Source of the DNA: Vitrella brassicaformis CCMP3155
Taxonomy: Eukaryota > Protista > Chromerida
Direction of reading: 5' to 3'
Assembly: GCA_001179505.1 (NCBI GenBank)
Contig: CDMY01000672.1
Coordinates: forward strand, 1-33,114
DNA length: 33,114 nucleotides
Shown: positions 21,039-29,900 of the stretch, piece after piece
Numbering within the stretch: the stretch's first letter is position 1
Layout of the letters: every line of letters begins with the position of its first letter
Translations under genes and position numbers: made by a program
The notes under the pieces: model-generated
What the model saw: the letters and a program-made list of their open reading frames with translations, nothing else
Told to the model about the DNA's origin: nothing
The model's database searches: none

Positions 21039-22206
21039 ATGACAGGGCTGTTTCTTGTGCTGAGTATCCTTGTCCTTGCGCACGCTGCAAAGGGATCTTC
21101 CGGAAGCCTCAGGGATCCAGAGAGGAAGCGGCTCGCCTGCCACCCTGCAGACGCTCTTGAGGTCACAGTAGGGGACGACTTCGACGCCAAGAAACTCGAT
21201 ACCAACACGTGGATGGTGCTGGAGGGGTGCAGCAAGAAGATGTGCCGCCGGCCAGACAAGGTGCAGCTGAGGGATGGGAACCTGGAGCTGCACATGGGCC
21301 CTTCGAAGCCATACAAAGCAGCCGACGGACGCGTCTTCTCGTACGAAGGAGGCGGCATTTTGATGAACGAAACGCTTCACTTTGGCTACTACGAGGCGCG
21401 AGTCGCATTCTCTGGTGCGCCGGGTTACGTCCAAGTCTTCTGGACCACCACCTCTCCCAGCTTTCTCGAGTGAGCAACCCAGGCAAACGATGCGCTGCTC
21501 GTTGATCCTGTTCTGTTGTTCGTTTCTGTTTGGGTCATGCATCTGGCAGGCCCGTTGACGGTCCACAGCAGGAGTTTGACGTGGTCCAGTACCCAGGCAA
21601 CAGAAGCTACTACGAAATCACCACATGGCGGTGGAGCCCTGAGCCGTATGCTATCGTCGGGAAGAGCCGCATCCTTCTGCAGCAGCCCACCAGGCTGTCA
21701 GCCAAGGCCTCTGAAGGCTGCCCCTTGATGACGCCTGCACTCTCCAAGTCGTTTACTAAAGAGAAGCTGGAGGAGCTCGGTGACAACAAGTGGGAGGGGG
21801 AGCCAGAACCGATGAAGCCTCCGTCAAACGAGACGGACGCCGAGGACGCACAAGCCGCCCAGCTGGACATGACAGGGTGGCATACGTATGGCTTACTCTA
21901 CACACCTGAACAGGTACGACCACACAGCAGGACAGCACACGCGTGTGTGTGTGTGTGTGTGTGTGTGGCTCACTGCTTCTCTTGTCCATTGATTGCTGCT
22001 CACAGGCCTTTTTCTACCTAGATGGTGTGCCGATACGCATGATCGATCTGGCGAAGGCCCTGCCTGGTGATGAGCTGGCCCGCCAGCACGTGCTGCTGAC
22101 GACACAAGTGACGGGGGAGACTGTGGGGGAGGTTGGTGATGCGAGTGGCGTCATGTATGTGGACTACTTCAGATTTCATCAGCTGCCTGGCTCCGAGACG
22201 CAATGA
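21039..22206 (+). CDS. Secreted glycoside hydrolase family 16-like protein (~331 aa, 3 exons) with a non-canonical catalytic motif
   Basis: Exons 21039-21469, 21550-21913 and 22006-22206 with phases 2 and 0. Signal peptide MTGLFLVLSILVLAHA. GH16 hallmarks: DDFD..LDTNTW, FGYYEARV, EFDVVQ, WHTYGLLYTPEQAFFYLDG, MYVDYFRFHQ. Confidence 0.8.
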
Positions 22207-22463
22207 ATGACTTGTGCGTGTCGGGCTGACGTTCCCGATTGATCCATTTAGACACCAGTCCGATTGTCAAAATCCATCCACACACCACACAGGCACTTTG
22301 GAACCTAGTACAAAACTAGGAAGGACGAAATCAGGCATCATCAGCCAGTGTCTTCCTCTAGCAATATACGACACAGGCCACACACCAGTAGGGTCAACGG
22401 ACACGACACCAGCAGGCAGGCACAGTTGAGAGAGACCTAGTACGCAGGCAAAAAGCCAAGACA

Positions 22464-25400
22464 TCAGCAGCGGGAGCCGTCCTCCCATCGCACAAACACA
22501 CGACCGCTCGACGGACACCGGCGACGCACCTGCACCAAATGCTTCTTGCCCTGGATGAAAGGGCACGACACACATGAGACTGGCAGGTTGTTGTGTATCA
22601 GTGCATGCGTACCTGCAGCTTTGCATCGACGGACTTGGCGACGTCGAGTATGATGCGCCATTCGTCAAACTGACCGACCTGCAGCTCCACCATGACGTCG
22701 AACGGCGGCTCGCCTTTGCGCTCCGTCCGCGTCTTGCGATCAGAGCCCTCACGCGAGGCACGAGCATCACCCAGAATCACAGTCCTGAACAGATGGAACA
22801 ACGGCCGATGAATACCCATCTCATCGTCAGTGTCTTGGCCTCACTGAGGCTCACTCGAAGCCTCCCAGAAGCCCTCGCAGTTCTGGGTTGCGCATGAGAC
22901 CAACGAAGTCGCCGTGAGCGCTGGCCAGGAGCCGTACTTTGCGTTGAGCCACGGTGCGGGCGGCATCCACCTGCACCCATCGTCACACCGTCACACACAG
23001 AGTATGCAATGCCCAGCTGCACTTATATGAGTGCATCGTCATTCACCTGCGACTTATGGCCGATTTCGTCAATGATCAGGACAACCGGTGTGTGATTCTG
23101 TACGGCCTCGATCATCACCTGACGCCAAGCAGGAGGGTAATACACCACGTGTTTGTGTGTCGCGCGACTTGGTCACCTGGTCCTGCTCGGCGACATTCCT
23201 GACCATCAGGCGGATGGCCTCCCCGACTGATGGATGCAGCACGTGCCCACCGCCGCAGATCTCATTGCTGAAACAAAAGGTGTGCACAAGCACAAAAAGA
23301 TTGATTGTATAATTGTCCATGTCTGGGGGCGCGGCGCTTCTGTGTGGTTACCTGGTGTCGACGATGCACACACGGAGATCCTTTGCAGTGAGTACGCGAG
23401 AGGCCTCACGGATGATGGTCGTCTTGCCGCACCCAGGAGCACCTGCACGCAAGTGGGTGGACACACAGTGACCCTGACGCCCACACGAAGAGGCCTTGCT
23501 TACCGAGAAAGAGGATAGAATGGCCGTCGTCGGCTGCCACACCTTTCTCGGGCGACAGAAGCAGATCTTGGACCATGTCGGTGTTGCCCTTCATGGCGCG
23601 ACCAACCTGCGGGCAAAATGGCACATACATGAAATCCCATGAAATGCACTCATCTTCTTGCCACGTTTCTTGCCCACCCTCATGGTCAGGCCGATCACCA
23701 CCCGCTCGTCAGATTTGTCTCGTATGGCACTGATGCGATGGAGTGAGCCAGGAAGGACGGCACGGTTGTCAGGCCTGGACACACAGACATCGACGAAGCA
23801 CGCAATGCGTGACGTTAGCTGATGCTCTCCTTCCCGTGTCCGTGCCCAACCCGATGTTGTTTTTGCCCCCCAGCTTGTCGACGGCGAAGTCGAGATGCAT
23901 AGTGTCGACCACCACCTCGGGCTTGCTCGGCGCCAGGTACCTCTTCTTGGGCTCTTCGCGGGTGATCGCGTGCGGGCGCTGCCCGATGTACATGACAATC
24001 TCGACCAGGAAGACGTCGCTTTCTGCTTCCTCTGTCCCCTCATTCCTGGCCCTCGCTTGCTCCAGCACGCCGCCTCTCTCCCAGAAGTCAGAGTGCACCA
24101 GCTGCAGGAGGCTCTTAATGTCTGTCGTGTCCTTCAGACCCATCTCATCAGCTGCCAATGATGCAGACCCATTGTCGCTGCCGCCATTCTTGACCGCCAG
24201 CACCTCAATCGAGCGCATTTGGTAGGTCTGCGGGTCAAAGCCGACCTCTGTCTCGCCAGGACGGGCCCGCATGTCGTCTCCCTCCCCCTCTGCAGCAGCC
24301 ATGCGGGCGAGTCGTCGATCCGAGGCCTTGCAGATGAGCCGCATCTCCTCAGGCGTTGTCACTGACGCCACCTCATCGACAGCACGCAAAAGGCCAGCGA
24401 CGGTCTGATTGGAAGCCGCCTTGGACACGGAATGCACCCACGTCAGGATGTCGCTAAGCGAAGCCAGAGGCGTCTCATGAACTATGTCGTACGCCAGCTG
24501 GAGGTCCCAACAGAACCGGATGGACGAGGGGGCGTCAGCTGCTGGCAGCTCGAGAGCCTTGACGATGGTCGGCAGGTTGTATGCCACTTTGAGGACGAAT
24601 GGTGAGGCCAGGAGACCGTTGAGCAGCTCCCGGGCAAGCTGACACCCCATGCCCTCCAGTTCCAGCACAGCCACGATGACACCACCATTGCTCGTCAAAG
24701 GGAGAAAGGAGGCCTCTGCCGCCGCACTCTCTGCTGTGCCATTCACACTCCCTGGCGCCAGGTAGCGTTCGGTGCCTTGGGCGAGCTTGACCTGGCCGAC
24801 AATGCGATGACACACACACACACACACGCACACTTGTCTCAATGAATAATTGCTTATTGACGTTGTCTTGCCTACCTTGAAGTTGACAGCAGGGGTATTC
24901 GGGGGGGCCTCCTCTACCTCGAAGACGTCCTCCCTCCGCCGAATGAGCTTCCTCAGTCGTTCGTACAGTTTGCGCAGCTCGGCCTTGGTGTCGGCATTGG
25001 CAATCCAGCCAAATTGGACGGCCTGCCCGACAACTCGCTCCCGGAACAGAGGAAGAGGGGCGAGGTTATCGATGCCGTCCTTGAAGTGCGATCGACCACC
25101 GCGACCTGATTGATTCACGACGAAACAACGATCCGCCGCATTCCCCTCCTCTTCTTCCCACCATCGATGATCTGACATAGCGATGCGACGATCTGCTCCT
25201 CATCGCTTTCAGACGTGGATGCTGCCCCCAACTGACTTGTCGAGCCATTGGGGGCGGCGCCACCGGGGCTGCAACTTGGCGGGGCTGCAACTTGGCCGGG
25301 GCTGCAACTTGACTGCGGGACGAGGGCGCCAAAGCTGCCCTTTTCCTCGTCTTGTCCCACGCGAGACCACCACTGATGGCTGAAGAGCGTCGATTGCCCT

Positions 25401-26280
25401 GCTGCGGCCGGCTCACTCCTTAGGTCCTCAAAAAAAGCTGGCGAGGCAGCACGTGACGGAGAGGAGGGGGGGTCTTCCAACTGGAAGTTGTCGATCTCTG
25501 TCCACACACCGACGGCCAGACATCCTGCCTGCTCGTGCAGCGCCACCACTGGGGTCTTGCTCTTGTCAACCTCGGCCTTGATCAGCAGCGGATTGACCAC
25601 ATCCATGAAGAAGGGGCGAGCCCCGTAAGCCGTCTTGAAGGTGAGCAAAGAGGGGAACGACCCAACCTTGGGCTCCTCGACAAAAGGTGGCCAACGCGTC
25701 CGGTCCTCGCTGCACATTCAAACGCAGAAAGCACTGAGTAGCGTGAGCTGCAGCAGGGCCCTGATGCAGCTCTTTGATGTGACTCCTCTTTGATGTGACT
25801 CTTCACCTGGGAGGAAGTGTGTACGGCCGCAGTTTGATGGGTTTGCCGTGGTCCATGCCCATTTCTGTGACCTGGTCGAATATCCTGCGGCTGTCCAGGT
25901 CTTTGCAGCAGACTGTGGCGAAAACCGCCTTGCCGTCCCTCCAGCAGTCGACGATCTCCGGCACCTTGCAGCTCTGCGCTATCTCGGGATGAGCCTTGAT
26001 GAACCTTTCGCAGTGCTTAGTGACATTGGTCCGCACGTCATCCTTTGACCTGCAGGCACAGCACGAGAGTCGTGTGTGTGATTCGCCTAAGCAGATGCAT
26101 ACACACGCCTGTGCACCGACCAGGTTTGAGGAATGTTGCTCAGGAACACAGCCAGGCTTTCGCGGATGGATGGGTGGACCTGGAGGGGTCACAACGTAGG
26201 CCATCACGCTCGTGAATGCCATTGACCTTGTCTGTATCTATCTCTACCTCTGAGAAGGGCGTGCCAACAGGCCACGTCAT
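22464..26280 (-). CDS. ycf45/SpoIIIAA-like P-loop ATPase with a long N-terminal extension including a degenerate 3'-5' exonuclease-like region (~960 aa, 13 exons)
   Basis: Exons 26280-26180, 26049-25807, 25709-25237, 25171-24876, 24791-23851, 23774-23678, 23606-23504, 23442-23352, 23267-23177, 23118-23047, 22970-22855, 22784-22613 and 22550-22464 are phase-consistent. Family motifs: DNRAVLPGSLHRISAIRDK, GLTMRVGRAMKG, Walker A GAPGCGKTT, VDTSNEICGGG, VMIEAVQNHTP, Walker B LIIDEIG, SAHG, LLGGFETVILGD. The 5' end is uncertain: an acceptor at 26292 suggests a further upstream exon. Confidence 0.8.
25265..25312 (+). repeat. Three-copy coding minisatellite GGGGCTGCAACTTG with 16- and 17-bp periods
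   Basis: Copies start at 25265, 25281 and 25298, inside an exon of the ATPase gene. Confidence 0.9.
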
Positions 26281-26939
26281 GGAGCCCGGAGCTGAGGCGA
26301 ACAACAACGACACAGGCACCAGACACCAGACGAAGACAGGTCCATGATCCTCAGGGGTCTTTCTCAGCAGCTTTCTTCCCAGGGTTGCTTGCAGACATCT
26401 CGAGTGAAAGAGTGGGGTGATGCTGAAGCGCGGGCGGCTATTCCTGGGTATTCCTGCTGGGGATGGGTTGCCAAGGAGGGTTTGAGAGGGATAACTCGCA
26501 TCTCGACGATCGAACTCATTGCTCTCTTCACAGTTAACATGAAATGCTCTGGTGTGGCCACCGAAGTATGCCAGCAACCATAGTCTGCACTCGAGATACG
26601 TTCATTCATTATTCATCACCGGTCCCGCTCAACGCACCAAGAAATAAATAGAACAAAGGCCTTCCTTCTCACGCCACGGACAACTCTTGCCCCTCAACAC
26701 AACACGACGGACGGACGGACGGACGGATGAATCAGTCAGTCAGTCAGCCAATCGCCACATATGAAAAGTACATGCGTATCGTACACACACGTTACATTAA
26801 GCACCCTTGGCACCCATCGAGCCACTAATCAATCACCACCAACCAACAAACTTCCAGCTGGCCAACCAACCCTGGTACCCCCCTCCCCTCCCCTCCCCTA
26901 CTATGCTATCCTACACACCTGTCTGTACGCAACACTCAC

Positions 26940-29900
26940 TCAACGCTTTCCCCCCCTATGTGAACTCCATTTGTAGTCCTGACGAGGTGGTGGCGGTGGG
27001 GGCCCTCGGCCGTCCCGCCGGGGCTGCGGAGAACGGGAAGAGCCCCCTCGAGTGATGTCGCGAGGGCCTCTGTCGTCGACGCGCGGATTCTTACTGCGAG
27101 GGCCTGGGCTGAAGGGTTTGCGTGGAGGTGACCGCTCTCGCTTGTCCCTATCCCTTCCCCTCTCGTCGCCGTCTCGTCCGCGGTCCCGCTCGCGTGGGCC
27201 CACCCTGTCGATGCTCATGTTGCCGCCCTCACGTGAATGCCGCGGTGCGCCGATCGGAGACCTGTTGTGGGCCCTGTCGTGGTGCGCTGGCCTGTGCGGC
27301 GAATGCACACCTCGCTCTCGCTCTCGCTCTCGGATGGGAGGCGACCGCGGTCTGCCGGGAGACCCGCGGCCTCGAGGGGACGGCCTGACTGACACTGGCC
27401 GATCGTCACACCGTCGCTGGCCATCATATGGCCTCCGCTGTGGTGGGGACGGGCCATCTGCTCGCTTGCCGTCCTCTCGATGACGTGGCGCTGGGCGGAC
27501 AACCTCCCTTCCTGGCGGCATGCGACGATCGGCACTTGGGCGCGGTGGACCCTCCTCGGGCTGTGGGCCCCCTCGTATATCAGGCGGCCTGACAGCATTT
27601 GGGGGCTGCCGATGAGCGCCTGGCGGGGGTGCTGTTGCAGATGCCTTGGGCTCGGTGGCGGATGCGGGGCCGTCGATGACAGGCGATATCAGGGCCGGCA
27701 GGGACGGTGTCATCGGCGGGGTGGCCGTATGAGCGAGAAGCTGAGGGTCCATCAATGGGGGCTGCCCGGTGGGAGGCCTCACGCAGTTCTGCAGCTCCTC
27801 TCTCGTCCCCTCCTTGATCTCCTTGTCCGTCAGCTGCACCCCCTGCTTGACCTCCTCCACGTCCAGCAGACCCACACCCGAGTCGAACTCAGCCGCCGTG
27901 AGGCAGGCTCGGCGGGCTATGGCAGGGGCGGCGAGGCAGCGATGCTGGGGTGGCTGACGCACCAGATCGTCATGGCCCTCGTAGGCACGAGCGAGGCGCA
28001 CGGGGTCGGGGGTAAACTTCTGCTGAACGGCGAATAAATCCTGAGATTCAAGAGGGAGGGAAGAAACGATAATGATCATGAGCAGGGAGGGCCGCTTTCG
28101 GGTTGGCTGTTTGGTGTAGGTTAGGTTCTGTACCTCAGGAAGGACCGAGACGAGGGAGGCCTTCTCGACCCCCGCCAGCTTGCCGCGGTCGTCGAATACG
28201 GGCGACTCGAACGCGAGGTGGAATGAGTGGAGGAAATGGCGGCCGAGGAGCTGGCGCATCTGCCAGTACTCGCGACGGTGGTGGTCGCTCATGTATTTGG
28301 TGTCCCACAGAAGAGGCCAGCCGTTTTCCCCCCCCATGTGCACGCGGATTTGGTGCGTTTTACCTGACCAGCCAACAGCACAGCCAGGGTGAGGTGAGTG
28401 AGCAGCAGATGGACTTCCACTTCTCCCGCAACCGCAACCGCACCCACCTGTGTCGATCTTGAGATGCACAATCGACACAACTTCGTTCTCTTGCGCTGTG
28501 TGCGGGGGCCCCATGGTCAGCACGTCTTGAAGTGCGTAGTGGGTGATGGCTTTGTCGGTCTCGGAGCCCTGCACACACCACGTCGACACGCATGCCAACA
28601 CACACAAGACGTCACCAGCCTCACAACCGCCTATGCGTGCGTGGATCCGTCGGTGTCTGTCTGTCTGCTGACCGTGTCGTGTTCCTTTGAGACGAAGCCT
28701 CTCTCATCCGCCTGGTTTGTGATGTAGTTCTTGATGGTACCGATAGGCGGACTCGGAACGCCAAGCACCATGGCCTAAACAAGCAACAGAACACTTGACT
28801 CTGTGTCCTCTCTTCTCCCTCTCAGGCAGACAGGCAGGCTTGTAGCTAACCTAACGTACCTTGTAGATTTTGACGAATCCGGGTCCCTTGCGCTGCACAT
28901 TCCTGAGATGTTGGTAGGTGCGCTCGTCCTTGGCCAGCATCAGCAGCCCACTGGTGTTCATGTCCAGCCGCTGCATGAACCCGTTTGACAGATCCTTCCG
29001 ACCGAAGAGGGCCGGCATCTTGCACTGGCGCTTCTCGGGGTTGGTGGCGAACTCGGGACGCCATGGCTCGGGCTGACCCAAGTTGAAGTAGGCCCACACA
29101 GCGAGCTGCGGCTTGTCGGCCTCGCTGAGCTGCTTCTCGTCCTCCCACAGTCGTGGGTCGACCTTGTCGGTGCAACTGAACAACCACACACCACACCCTT
29201 CATGCCTCTCGTCTGGTCTCGTCCGCTTTTGGTCACTCACTCACCACTCCCATCCTTGCGGCTTGGAGATGACCCACGTGGTTGCGTACTCCGCATGAAT
29301 ATCAGGCTTCAGCAACGGCCCCCTCCTCCGCTCGTCAGCCCTCTCCCCCGGGGGCGACGGCCGTGCTGGCGCCCCGGCAGCATCCGGCGCGCTAAGCAGG
29401 GAAGCGCTCTGCGGCACTGGCAACGTGCTGCTCCTCAGAAAGCTCGGGGCGGCGGCGGGCTTCTGTGCGTCGGGTTTCTTCTCCTTGCGCTTGATGGCTG
29501 TGCGTCGGACGACCTTGGCCGGATCGACTTTGCGGGAGCTGTTTTGGCTCTTGGGCTGCTCGCCAGCTGCCCCATTGAGCCTGCTGCCGTCGGCGGACTT
29601 CTTGCTGGCCGGGGACACCTCCTTGGCCGCCTTCTTCTCGCTCGCCTTTGCCTTCTGCTCAGCAGTTCCCTCGCCACTGTCTCCCTTGTCGCTGAAAAGA
29701 GCCGGGAAAGGAGGGAGCTCGACAGCTGCTGTTGGAAGGGTGCCGTCAGTCTTGGCCTTGTCCATCTTGCGCTTCTTGGTCTCGCCGTCCTGGTCCTTCT
29801 CCTCTCCCTTGCGCTTCTTGGGCGCCTTGTTGGGCAGGGCATCGAAGGACGATCCCACCGATGCAGATGGCGTGTCCGCAGGGCTGCTGCCCTTGTCACT

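Noticed and set aside
25172-25236. Apparent frameshift between overlapping ORFs 25115-25717 and 23769-25178
   Set aside because: A 65-nt GTCAGT...TGTCAG intron joins them in phase 1, so this is neither a pseudogene nor programmed frameshifting.
25265-25312. Short repeats as a CRISPR-like array
   Set aside because: The units are directly adjacent with no unique spacers, there are no cas genes, and the context is a eukaryotic exon.
25803-26222. ATG at 26222 (MAFTSVMAY...) as the start of the ATPase gene
   Set aside because: In that frame the donor at 26179 is phase 1 while the next exon needs phase 2. The frame from ATG 26280 fits.
22464-29245. Bacterial-type genes (ycf45/SpoIIIAA-like, RluA-like) as contamination or recent HGT
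   Set aside because: Both are split by many spliceosomal introns of the same style as neighbouring genes. Any transfer is ancient and cannot be shown without phylogeny.
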